Program-made: the position numbers and the translations under genes
From: Octopus vulgaris
Taxonomy: Eukaryota
Reading direction: 5' to 3'
Assembly (NCBI GenBank): GCA_951406725.2
Contig: OX597815.1
Location: forward strand, 9,548,001-9,612,000
Length of the DNA stretch: 64,000 bases
The notes under the pieces: generated by a model
What the model was told of the DNA's origin: nothing
The model's input: the letters and a program-made list of their open reading frames with translations, nothing else
Databases searched by the model: none
Shown: in pieces, positions 51,143 through 64,000 of the stretch
How positions within the stretch are numbered: the first letter of the stretch is position 1
How the letters are laid out: each line of letters starts with the position of its first letter

Positions 51143-52269
51143 AACATGATACCTAATATTCTGCTGTTGATTTCCCTGACAGATATCATAATTACAACAT
51201 CATATATCAAATTTAGAGATATCAAGAGAATTTTTCCCCATCCTGCATTCAGATCAATTTCACTTCACTGATGAAAAAATTTATCTTGTATACTTGATAT
51301 TTTTGGTGTTTAGGAGATGACAAACAAAGCTTCTTATGCCAGTTTTTCCATAATCTGAATTGAAATAAACTAAGTGGTTCTCTTAAAAGGTAAAAAAATA
51401 TAGAAATTTCTACTGAAGCCAGAAAAGAGAGAGAAAAAATAGCAAACCATTTTTATATAAATAAGTTCTAAGTAAGACAACCTTAAAGTGGCACTTGTAC
51501 CATGGAATATTAAGGAGATAGTTTAAGTCTTAATATTTGTGTCAAATTTTGGCACAAGGCTAGTAATTTATCACCTGTTCTATTATTATTGATCTTGACT
51601 CAGGATTGGTCTTATTCCTGGTAGAATTTCTGTGGGTCGTGGGTTACTACTTGTAATCTTAGATATCCACAAACTTTCAATAACCTTTCAAATGCTCAAA
51701 ACCCTTCTGAAAATCTTTCCTGTTCCAAAGAGGCAAACTCCCTGCAGAAGTTCTACAGGTCATTCCATTCCAATCTCTCAACTATTTGTCTATAACATTG
51801 TTCACAGTCCCTAATGCACCAATTAATACAGTATGATATTCCAAATTCTTGCAATTAAAATTTTATGGGATTGTTTTTTTTTAATTTTTTAATTTTTCAT
51901 CCTCTTTCTTCATAATCAAATAGTAAGCAAATTTGCTTTTCCTGGCCTATTATTGTTATATCTGGTTTATTATTATTTTATCTTCTTATTCATTTGACTG
52001 TAGCATTACTATCATTATTTGATGAAAACTTTCAGCTTGTTTTGCTGGGTATGATGGAAAGTATCAGCTATCCACAGCCAGCAATCGACCCCGAAAGGAT
52101 GAAAGGCAAAGCCGCCGAGGTCGACTTTGCCTTTCCTCCTTTCGGTCTCGATTAAATAAGTACCAGTTACGCACTGGGGGCGATATAATCGACTTAATCC
52201 GTTTGTCTGTCCTTGTTTGTCCCCCTTTGTGTTTAGCCCCTTGTGGGTAGTAAAGAAATAGATACATGT

Positions 52270-53045
52270 TCACAGGTCATGGTTCAAGAATCCTGCAAAG
52301 ACTTCTTGCAGTTGTAAGTGTTCTATCTTTACATTTGTACCAATCTCTTTGAGCCATGTTAGTAGTTGAGTGCCGATACTTGCAAGTGCACCAATTACTA
52401 TTGGTATCACATCTACTCTCCTCACTGACCACAACCTTTGTATTTCCCACTTCAAATCCTTCTAATCGTTCAGATTTTCTCCTTCTTTCTCTTTGACCCT
52501 GTCGTTATTGGGACATGTTGATTATCATGCAAGTTTTTTTCTTTATTATTCACCAATTTCCAATGTCTGGTCGGGTGATCACACTGAATTGTTGAATCCA
52601 ACAGGATTTTGCAGTCTTCATTCTTGGTGACTCCTTCTGGGGGTTTGTTCATACCACATCTTTTCTCTTTGTAGACCGTAATTTCCACAGAGCTCCCAAT
52701 GGATCATTCTTACCACATTGTCATGTTGTCTTCTGTATTTGTATTGTGCCACTTTCAAGCATTTGCTAACGATGTGCCATACCATTTCACCCCTCCTCCC
52801 ACACATTCTGCATTTGTTGTTGTCAGTGGTGTTGTCAATTCTGCACTTCACATAGCGAGTCCTTAATGTCTGTTCTTGTGCTGTACATATAAGTATTTCT
52901 GTCTCTATCTTCAGGTCACTCCTCCTAATCCAAAGCCACTGGTCTTCTGTATCTGTCTTGGCATTTGTATTTCTTACAAACTGACCATACATTTTTTTCT
53001 CCTTCCATACTGTTTCTTTTTTTGTGTTCTTTTCCTCTTCAAGTT
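52270..53045 (-). mobile_element. R4/Dong-like (RLE) non-LTR retrotransposon fragment, degenerate
   Basis: WLWIRRSDLKIETEILICTAQEQ...CRMCGRRGEMVWHIVSKC (CCHC knuckle), QHDNVVRMIHWELC (RHD motif), VDVIPIVIGALA; frameshifts. Confidence 0.85.
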
Positions 53046-53047
53046 TT

Positions 53048-53345
53048 ATCATCATCATCGTTTAACGTACGTTTTCCATGCTAGCATGGGTTGGACGGTT
53101 CGACCGGGATCTGGGAAGCCAGGAGGCTGCACCAGGGTCCAATCTTGATCAGGCAGTGTTTCTACAACTGGATGCCCTTCCTAATGCCAACCACTCCGTG
53201 AGTGTAGTGGGTGCTTTTTACGTGCCAGGGGAGGCTGGCAACGGCCACGATTGGTTGGTGCTTTTTACGTGCCACCGGCACAGAAGCTAGTCAAGGCGGC
53301 GCTGGCATCGGCCATGCCACCAATACAGGTGCCAGGGGAGGCTGG

Positions 53346-53380
<35 letters not shown>
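53048..53380 (-). mobile_element. family B element
   Basis: Core with (ATC)n on both sides. Confidence 0.75.
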
Positions 53381-53381
<1 letters not shown>

Positions 53382-53671
53382 TATTATTATTAAGGTGGCA
53401 TTAGAGTGGTATTTATTGTGGATCTTTATGATCTGAGTTCAAATCTTGCCAAGAGCAAAATAAAATAGCGTATCAGTCAAGTGCTAGGATGTATATATAT
53501 GAAAGCAGAGACACACACAAACCAAAGGTGTGATTGTAAGGCAGCATTTTACAATTTATTTTCAGTTATTTTGATCTCTTTTTTAATGAGTTCCATTCTG
53601 AATACATATACATATGTACATATGAACACTCACATACATAAACATACTCACACCTCACACATGTGCATATA

Positions 53672-53672
53672 C

Positions 53673-53703
<31 letters not shown>

Positions 53704-53834
53704 CACACACACATACATACATACATACATACATACATACATACATACATACATACACACATACATACATACATACATACATACATACGTACATACATAC
53801 ATACATACATACATAGATACATACATACATACAT

Positions 53835-53865
<31 letters not shown>

Positions 53866-54205
53866 TACATACATACATACATACACACATACATACATAC
53901 AAACATACATACATACATACATACATACATACATACATACATACATACATACATACATACATACATACATACATACATACAATACAATACAATACAATAC
54001 AATACAATACAATACAATGCAATACAATGCAATACAATACAATACAATACAATACAATACAATACAATACAATACAATACAATACAATACATACATACAT
54101 ACATACAATACATACATACATACATACATACACACATACATACATACATACATACATACACACATACATACATACATACATACATACATACACACACACA
54201 TACAT

Positions 54206-54236
<31 letters not shown>

Positions 54237-56243
54237 TACATACATACATACATACATACACACATACATACATACACACATACATACATACATACATACA
54301 TACATACATACATACATACATACATACATACATACATACATACATACATACATACGTACATACATACATACATACATACATACATACATACATACATACA
54401 TACATACATACATACATACATACATACACATACATACATACATACATACATACATACATACATACATACATACATACATACATACATGCATACATACATA
54501 CATACATACATACGAACATACATACATACATACATACATACATACATACATACATACATACATACATACATACATACATACATACATACATACATACATA
54601 CATACATACATACATACATACATACATACATACATACATACATACATACATACAATACATACATACATACATACATACATGCATGCATACATACATACAT
54701 ACATACATACATACATACACACATACATACATACATACATACATACATACATACATACATACATACATACATACACACATACATACATACATACATACAT
54801 ACATACATACACATACATACATACATACATACATACATACATACATACATACATACATACATACATACATACATACATACATACATACATACATACATAC
54901 ATACATACATACATACATACATACATACATACATACATACATACATACATACATACATACATACATACATACATACATACACACATACATACATACATAC
55001 ATACATACATACATACATACATACATACATACATACATACATACATACATACATACATACATACATACATACATACATACATACATACATACATACATAC
55101 ATACATACATACATACATACATACATACATACATACATACATACATACATACATACATACATACATACATACATACATACATACATACATACATACATAC
55201 ATACATACATACATACATACATACATACATACATACATACATACATACATACATACATACATACATACATACATACATACATACATACATACATACATAC
55301 ATACATACATACATACATACATACATACATACATACATACATACATACATACATACATACATACATACATACATACATACATACATACATACATACATAC
55401 ATACATACATACATACATACATACATACATACATACATACATACATACATACATACATACATACATACATACATACATACATACATACATACATACATAC
55501 ATACATACATACATACATACATACATACATACATACATACATACATACATACATACATACATACATACATACATACATACATACATACATACATACATAC
55601 ATACATACATACATACATACATACATACATACATACATACATACATACATACATACATACATACATACATACATACATACATACATACATACATACATAC
55701 ATACATACATACATACATACATACATACATACATACATACATACATACATACATACATACATACATACATACATACATACATACATACATACATACATAC
55801 ATACATACATACATACATACATACACACATACATACATACATACATACATACATACATACATACATACATACATACATACATACATACATACATACATAC
55901 ATACATACATACATACATACATACATACATACATACATACATACATACATACATACATACATACATACATACATACATACATACATACATACATACATAC
56001 ATACATACATACATACATACATACATACATACATACATACATACATACATACATACATACATACATACATACATACATACATACATACATACATACATAC
56101 ATACATACATACATACATACATACATACATACATACATACATACATACATACATACATACATACATACATACACACATACATACATACATACATACATAC
56201 ATACATACATACATACATACATACATACATACATACACACATA
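53672..56243. repeat. ~2.6-kb (CATA)n satellite with an internal (CAATA)n block at ~53978-54090
   Basis: Direct observation; source of the 500-900 aa spurious ORFs. Confidence 0.98.
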
Positions 56244-56359
56244 CAATAATACCCTGTTGTTGATGTTGAAATTCCAATGAAGGAGCCTTGAATCTAGGTT
56301 AGAAACCAGCTCTTTCTCTATTGGTAAGAAATCTTGAAATGAAACTGGATAAAGACACA

Positions 56360-58235
56360 CTCTTTTACTCTTTTACTTGTTTCAGTCATTTGACTGTGGC
56401 CATGCTGGAGCACCGCCTTTAGTCGAGCAAATCGACCCTAAGACTTATTCTTTGTAAGCCTAGTACTTATTCTATCGGTCTCTTTTGCCAAACCGCTAAG
56501 TGACGGGGACATAAACACACCAGCATCGGTTGTCAAGCAATGCTAGGGGGACAAACACAGACACACAAACAAACGCACACACTTATATATATATACATAT
56601 ATACGACAGGCTTCTTTCAGTTTCCGTCTACCAAATCCACTCACAAGGCATTGGTCGGCCTGGGGCTATAGCAGAAGACACTTGCCCAAGGTGCCACGCA
56701 GTGGGACTGAACCCGGAACCATGTGGTTGGTTAGCAAGCTACTTACCACACAGCCACTCCTGCGCCTACATATATATATATTTTCCTATATTCCTACATT
56801 ACATTGAAGTCAGTCATGTTGGCATAGGGGAATAAGCATCCTTTTCTCTACTGATTTCTATTCCTAAAAGCTTTTATCATTGTACAAATGTGTTTTTAAA
56901 AAATGCTAAAAAGCACATTTTTTTCAGAGAAAAATCATGGCAGTAGTCAAGAGGTGAACTTGGTCATTTTTACAATGTCGCCCATAGGAAGACTAGAAAC
57001 GGGAATCAGCTATCAAAGTGGTGATACCATCAACAGAAGTTCTAGCAGACTTTTAAACTGAATCGGAATTGTATCACTTCTATAGAAATATGAGGGAAAA
57101 TCTCTTGGTTATTGACCAAGGGGAGATGCTGAATGCCTGGGATGTCAAAAGGTCCATTTACTGTTCGATGTTAAACAATTACAGCAGTAAGTTTATGTTA
57201 CTTGAGAAGAAATAGGTTACATTACTCGGTAATAACAACAACAACAACAACTATCAAAAATGTACAGCAAATAACATTACTCTTTTACTCTTTTACTTGT
57301 TTCAGTCATTTGACTGCAGCCATGCTGGAGCACCGCCTTTAATCGAGCAACTCGACCCCGGGACTTATTCTTTTTGTAAGCCCAGTACTTATTCTATCGG
57401 TCTCTTTTGCCGAACCGCTAAGTAACGGGGACATAACCACACCTACATCGGTTGTCAAGCAATGCTAGGGGGACAAACACAAACACACAAACATATACAC
57501 ACACACACTTATATATATATACATATATACGACAGGCTTCTTTCAGTTTCCGTCTACCAAATCCACTCACAAGGCATTGGTCGGCCCGGGGCTATAGCAG
57601 GAGACACTTGCCCAAGATGCCACGCAGTGGGACTGAACCTGGAACCATGTGGTTGGTTAGCAAACTACTTACCACACAGCCACTCCTATCCCAGTAAATT
57701 CTGTTCTCAAAAAAGATGCTAAAAATAACCAAAGCAAAAAATTATTCCAATAATACAAAGACAGGGCTGCTGACATTACATGGACATGCTAACAAATGTA
57801 TAGAAACGAGTGAAGAATACAAACAGCTGAAAACACAGCTCACAGCAAGATTTAAGCAGAACTTCACTATTTACATCAACAAGGAGTGGGTGTGTGGTAC
57901 GTAGCTTGCTTACCAACCACATGGCTCTGGGTTCAGTCCCACTGCATGGCACCTTGGGCAAGTGTCTTCTACTATAGCCTCGGGCCGACCAAAGCCTTGT
58001 GAGTGGATTTGGTAGACGGAAACTGAAAGAAGCCTGTCGTATATATGTATATGTATATATGTATATGTATATTTTCCTCTGTCTTCCCTTCTCAGGATCT
58101 TTCCTTCTTCTATGTTTCCGACGAAGAGCTCCGCTCAAAACGTTAAACCCACCTTCTTCCCTTTTTTCCTGAGTGTCCAATAATACTATATTTGTTCCAC
58201 GTCCTCGCGTTGTTGTGTTTTCTTGTTTGGATTAA

Positions 58236-58300
<65 letters not shown>

Positions 58301-58540
58301 GTGTGTGTGTGTGTGTGTGTTTGTGTGTGTGTGTTTGTCCCCCCAACATCGCTTGACAACCGATGCTGGTGTGTTTACGTCCCCGTAACTTAGCGGTTCG
58401 GCAAAAGAAGACTGATAGAATAAGTACTAGGCTTACAAAGAATAAGTCCTGGGATTCATTTGCTCGACTAAAAAAAGGCGGTGCTCCAGTATGGCCGTAG
58501 TCAAATGACTGAAACAAGTAAAAGAGAGTAAAAGAGTAAA
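56360..58540. mobile_element. three SINE A copies (56360-56766 -, 57280-57686 -, 57882-58540 + with an insertion at ~58070-58235)
   Basis: Family A head, core and tail sequences. Confidence 0.82.
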
Positions 58541-58999
58541 CCACTGTATGAAAGAATGATTCTGACCTGAGTCAACAGAAAACCGACAGACTTGATGTTT
58601 ATCTGCGATCACTCGAGTTGTTAAAGAACACCTAACACAGATTGAAGCCTGCAGCTTTAGGGCATTGAATGTCCCACTCAGTTGTGTTGCAATTATTGTC
58701 TGCCAACAGATGTAGTAACAGAGATTGATTAAAATGATAATACATAACCAAAATAGATTACTTGTGTCAAAAAAGAAAACAGACTCATGGTATACTGCAG
58801 ATATTTGGATATTATCAGTAGATGCAAAGAGAATAATAAACTCCCACACCACTAGCTGCAACTCTATGACAGAACTATGCAAACAAGGGATACAGTAAAA
58901 TAATTGCCCTCCGATATGAACTACATGCAATTAAGTGAAAAGTATTCTTATCACATGAAATTACAAGGAACTTAAGACTATGAACTTAAGACTATTAAT

Positions 59000-59478
59000 G
59001 CGGCGAGATGGCAGAAATGTTAGCATGCCGGGCGAAATGCGTAGCTGTATTTCATCTGCCATTAGGTTCTGAGTTCAAATTCCGCTGAGGTCGACTTTGC
59101 CTTTCATCCTTTCGAGGTCGATAAATTAAGTACCTATTTCTTTACTACACACAAGGGGCTAAACACAGAGAGGACAAACAAGGACAGACAAATGGATTGA
59201 GTCGATTACATCGACCCCATTGTGTAACTGGTATTTATTTAATCGACCCCGAAAGGATGAAAGGCAAAGTTGACCTTGGCGGAATTTGAACTCAGAACGT
59301 AACGGCAGACGAAACACGGCCACGCATTTCGCCCGGCATGCTAACGTTTCTGCCAGCTCGCCACCTTAATAAATTAAGTACCAGTTACGCACTGGGGTTG
59401 ATATAATCGACTTAATCTGTTTGTCTGTCCATGTTTGTCCCCTCTGTCTTTAGCCCCTTGTGGGTAGTAAAGAAATAA
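59000..59478. mobile_element. SINE C containing an inverted SINE C (59135-59368) with 14-bp TSD
   Basis: ATAAATTAAGTACC at 59121-59134 and 59369-59382. Confidence 0.85.
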
Positions 59479-59905
59479 CTATGAACTGTAAGCTTACATT
59501 GAACTCACAAACTGTGTATGAAAAGTGGCCCCTTTAAGGTTAATAAACACTGCTCCACCTCTGGATGATTTAGAGTTAATCAGGTGGGATGGAGTGAATT
59601 TAGAATATAAATATACATCACGGCCATGATGTGCAGGGACTGGGTAAGCTACAGTGGGAGTACTGTGCAAACATTTCTCTTGGATTGCCATGGGTGGAAA
59701 CTTTTAATTATAATTCTGCTGGATCGAAATGACTTGAGACAAAATGACAGCTGTGTCTTCGAATTTTGGAGAAAAATTTGCTTAGCCAATGAATTTTGTC
59801 TGTATTTAAAAGGGGAAGATTAGAGAACACTTTCTTTGCCAAGATTGAATCCCAAAACATAATCTTCTGTAGGATAACTTCCAAATCTTTAAATAATTGA
59901 TAGAA

Positions 59906-59952
59906 CATCATCCTCATCCTCATCATCATCGTCATCACCATCATCCCCCACC

Positions 59953-59986
<34 letters not shown>

Positions 59987-60042
59987 TCATCATCACCATC
60001 ATCACCATCATCATCATCATCATCACCACCACCACCACCATC

Positions 60043-60100
<58 letters not shown>

Positions 60101-60253
60101 CCATCATCATCATTATCATCATCATCATCATCATCATCACCACCATCATCATCATCATCATCACTACCACCACCACTACCACCACTGCCACCATCACCAC
60201 CACCACCACCTCCACCATTACCACCACCACCACCACCACCACCATCATCATCA
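59906..60253. repeat. (CAT/CAC)n trinucleotide tract, probably an expanded family B tail
   Basis: Abuts tttaacgtctgctttccatgc. Confidence 0.9.
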
Positions 60254-60869
60254 TTTAACGTCTGCTTTCCATGCCGGCATGGGTTGGACTGTTTGGCATA
60301 TGGAGTTAGCCAGCCAGCCAGGGAAGCTGTCCAGACTTCAATTGTCTGTTGGACTGCATCATTTTAAAAGGCAACTTCTAGTCTTCATCTCTTTTATAAG
60401 TTTGAATTCTTTTTAAGAGTAGAATAGTTTTCCAGATAAACTTGTTTCTGGTTTTATAGATTTAAGAAGTCTTATAACTGAAATGAAACACTAATCTACT
60501 GTTGGCTATATTGGCAGAATATATGTTGATATATCGGAAAATATAATCCGATACTTTTATTATTGACTTTAGTTGAGAAGTGAATGAAACATGCTTCAGG
60601 TGAAAAAAAGTTAATTAAAAATTGATTTCAGGTGAACAATACTATTTTCTTAAAGCTATTCTGAAAAGTAAGGGTAGAAATTATGGCCTTTGGTGGAAGT
60701 CAAGGGTGATTTTTGTTTTGGCAAGTTTAACTATTCAGTTCAAATAAATTGATATTTGGCTAGAAGGCTGAACAGTGAGTTGACAGAATTGGTAAAGTAT
60801 CTTGCTTCATGGTATTCAATTATGACGATTTACATTGTGAGTTAAAATCTTGCCAAATGATAAAGGCAC

Positions 60870-61245
60870 TTCACGTTAAGCACACCATTCGAGCGTGATC
60901 GGTACCTGCGTCGCCTTACTAGCACTTGTGCTTGTGGCATGTGAAATATTCGAGCGAGGTCGTTGTCAGTGCCATTGGACTGGCTCCTGTGCAGGTGGCA
61001 CGTAAAAAGCACCATTTGGGCGTGGCCGTTGCCAGTACCACCAAACTGGCCCTCGTGTCGTGGCACTTTAAAAGCACCCACTACACTCTCAGAGTGGTTG
61101 GCATTAGGAAGGGCATCCAACTGTAGAAACTCTGCCAGTTCAGATTGGAGCCTGGTTCAGCCATCTGGTTCATCAGTCCTCAGTCAAATCGTCCAACCCA
61201 TGCCAGCATGGAAAGCAGACGTTAAAAGATGATGATCATGATGAT
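60870..61245 (+). mobile_element. family B element
   Basis: Core plus tail. Confidence 0.78.
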
Positions 61246-61569
61246 CACTACATTGCAAGGTGGAATCCTGCCAAGGTTGACTTTGCTGTTCATCTTGTTG
61301 AGATTGACAAAATAAGTACCAGTTATCGCAGTCAATGCAGTCTATTACTGCAATCAACTGCTGCTGTAGTTTCATAGATCTTGCCAGCTCTGACAGGGTT
61401 TTGCTATAATACAGAAGTACTCAGCTGATTATGTAGGAGTGATCCAAGCTTAGAGAATGTGAAAGTAATCTAGAATATAGGAATGATCAACAGACATGTG
61501 GAAGTGATCTTACATAAAGAATATGGAAGTTATCCATAGAACATGTGGATGTGATCTATACTTCTATAC

Positions 61570-61785
61570 ATTGTTGCAGAGCTGAAAACGAGGTAATTTC
61601 TACTCTTCTCCTCTGGAAGCCATCTGCTCACGATACCAGAGGGCACACACTCTCCTACCCTGATGTAATCTCCAGGGATACAGGCATCTATCAACAGGAC
61701 CTCCGTAATGCTATGATGGACCGTGAAGTCTGGCATAACATAGTAAAATCCATTGTCTCGACCACGGTCGATCAATGATGATGAT
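61570..61785 (+). mobile_element. RTE-X-like LINE 3' fragment inserted in a degenerate minisatellite
   Basis: HCCRAENEVISTLLLWKP...STTVDQ*, (TGA)n tail, atacatt on both flanks. Confidence 0.8.
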
Positions 61786-62067
61786 ACATTATAGTGTACG
61801 TAGAAGTGATCCCAAAAACATGTGAGAATGGTTTGTAGTATATGGGTAAATGATCTATAGATCATATGTGAATGATTCAGAGGAAATATGGTGGTGACCT
61901 GTAGATCATGGAAAGTAAGCTATAGAGCATGTAGAAGTCATCAATAGAGCATGCAAAGGTGGTCATAGACTGTGCAGGAAAGATCATAGAGCATACAAGA
62001 ATGATCTATAGAGTTTATTGAAGCTAACCATAGAACATGTGAAAGGGATTCAGAGATGTGGGCATGA

Positions 62068-62405
62068 TCATCATCATTGTTTAATGACTGTTTTCCGTGC
62101 TAGCACAGGTTGGACGGTTCGACTGGAGTCTGGGAAGCCAGGAGGCTGCACCAGGCTCTAGTCTGATCTGGCAGAGTTTCTACAGCTGGATGCCTTTCCT
62201 AATGCCAACCACTCTGTGAGTGTAGTAGGTGCTTTTTACGTCACCGGCTCAGGTGCCAGGCAAGGCTGGCAATGGGCCATGATTGGTTGGTGCTTTTTAT
62301 GTGCCACTGGCACAGAAGCCAGTCAAGGCAGCACTGGCATCGGCCACATTCTGATGGTACTTTTTACATGCCACCGGCACAGGAATCACAACTACAATTT
62401 CCATT
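62068..62405 (-). mobile_element. family B element
   Basis: Core sequence. Confidence 0.75.
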
Positions 62406-63051
62406 GATTTAGAATTTTGGGTCTTTCAATAACTTTGTTTTTTCTGTAGACATTGACCAGTAGATAGTCAGACAGGGTAACAAATGCAAAAATCTCATCA
62501 GTTCAGTGGGTGAAAGGCTGTAAAAGTCATGAATGTTGTCCTTCTTCTCTTGATCAAGTTAATGTGTGCAAGTCATGGGGTGGATATTCACATACCTTTG
62601 TATGTTATTACATACTTATGTATATTACACCCATGAATATTAGCATACCATGGTACACACCCATATTTGATATTATGTACTCACTTATGTTAATATATAT
62701 ACATACATATTATTGCACATGTATGTTATTATATACCCACATCCATGAAGCCAACAAAGGAGCACTACATGGTAATTTTACGTACAGGAAACAATAGCTA
62801 AATCTCCCTAGATTTAGTATTTTAGTATTTTAACCAGCCATATCAGGCCCAAATATTCTACTTATTTTTTTAATGTTTAAACTGGCTGGATCTGGCCTCT
62901 CCTACTTCCCTTACAATGTCATTCTAAAAATAAACCATCACATCATTGAACTCTCAAAGCTATGAGGTAATGCAGGATTAATTCAAAGCAATGTGAGTAA
63001 ATAAGTATTACACATGACAATAATCTGAATGCTAAAGGCATAAATCACATA

Positions 63052-63563
63052 CCGTAAATCCTTGAGTATAGTCCACCCTTGAGTATAATACGCAGGAGAT
63101 TTATAGTGGGCTGTACCTCTGAAAACCTAAACCTTGTGTATAACACGCACCACTTCTCTAACTTGAGTCGTGTGTAATTAAGCCAGCAGCAACCTAGTCA
63201 AACAAACAATTCCGCACATGCGTAATACAGTAATGGTGATGTTCTTAACTGTTATATGGGAATGTAAATATGTTTGCAAATTGTTTTTGTTACATATTAT
63301 TCTGTGTTCTGAATACTTTTATTTTAATAAATGTTGCTTACTGCAAGTTATGGATGATTCTTTTATGACTTCATTGCTTTCAGGCTTAGCTTAAGGTATT
63401 TTCGCGCCTGACATCACAAAATGCGTCTGAATAAACATTGCCAGACAGCAAATAGAGACTCAGACATAACTTAGAAAATATTTTTCATTTTTAACCTTGT
63501 ACTAAGGATTTTGGCGTTTAAATTTTGGGAAAAAAAGTGCGGATTTTACTCGAGGATTTATGG
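63052..63563. mobile_element. pogo/Tigger-like (Tc1/mariner) MITE
   Basis: Imperfect TIRs ccgtaaatccttgagtatagtcc / ggattttactcgaggatttatgg, flanked by TA on both sides. Confidence 0.75.
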
Positions 63564-64000
63564 TACTATTATCTTGAAAAACAGCATTGAAAATGTGGCT
63601 CTGGATTCTCTGTATTTAGGATAGACTGCTCAATCAAGTTTTACCTGAGGCTAAATAAGAACATTGCACACCTAATAATATTATTAACCACTCATGTACG
63701 TTGTAACACACTGCCATGTATGTTGTTATATTACTATACACTCCCATTCACACCATTATACTATCATCTGTGTTATTACACTACTGTATGTTATTACATA
63801 TCCATAAATGTTATTACACACTTGTGTATGTTATTGCATATCCATGTTTATTATTACATACTCAACTTTTATTAAACTTCCATATATGTCATTATACACA
63901 CATGTATGTAGATATACTCTCAGCTATTTCATTACATATTCGCGAATATTATAACACATTCATGCATATTACTGCATACTCAAGAATATTATTACACATT

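Noticed and set aside
56274-56320. Hammerhead-like ccaatga...gaaacc motif after the CATA array
   Set aside because: Core too divergent from CUGANGA and stems poorly defined.
53566-56360. 500-900 aa ORFs (MYVC/HTYI repeats)
   Set aside because: Pure (CATA)n satellite lacks stop codons in several frames; not genes. The same applies to ORFs at 1596-2997, 13781-14323, 21746-22511 and 37066-38613.

Overview
Eukaryotic, AT-rich, microsatellite- and retroposon-dense genomic DNA. The repeat inventory (tRNA/CORE-type SINEs, Meta-domain-like SINEs, RTE and CR1 LINE ends, long (CATA)n/(TA)n/(ATC)n arrays) points to an octopus or other coleoid cephalopod; this is inference. Nearly all ORFs in the supplied track are microsatellite or repeat read-through. 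The one well-supported gene is a + strand, 8-exon C-terminal portion of an NHA/SLC9B-family (CPA2) cation/H+ antiporter homolog: 5969-6148, 13634-13791, 16313-16419, 29369-29530, 30924-31041, 35141-35277, 42042-42113, 45778-46002. All introns are GT-AG with matching phases and the joined frame (~385 aa) is open; the N-terminal exons were not found in the window. Its ion-binding DD motif is encoded as NN (AAC AAT), PKATVQ has become PKAESQ and GSGGL has become FVGHL. This suggests an altered-function transporter, or one whose DD is restored by A-to-I editing. The window also holds an antisense TTC1 pseudogene fragment, a perfect 245-bp palindrome, non-autonomous Helitrons, a pogo/Tigger-like MITE, a triple-C2H2-finger RTE LINE, R4/Dong-like fragments, degenerate hammerhead-like motifs and nested insertions with target-site duplications. 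Repeat boundaries are approximate. All homology calls come from motif recall, not database searches.
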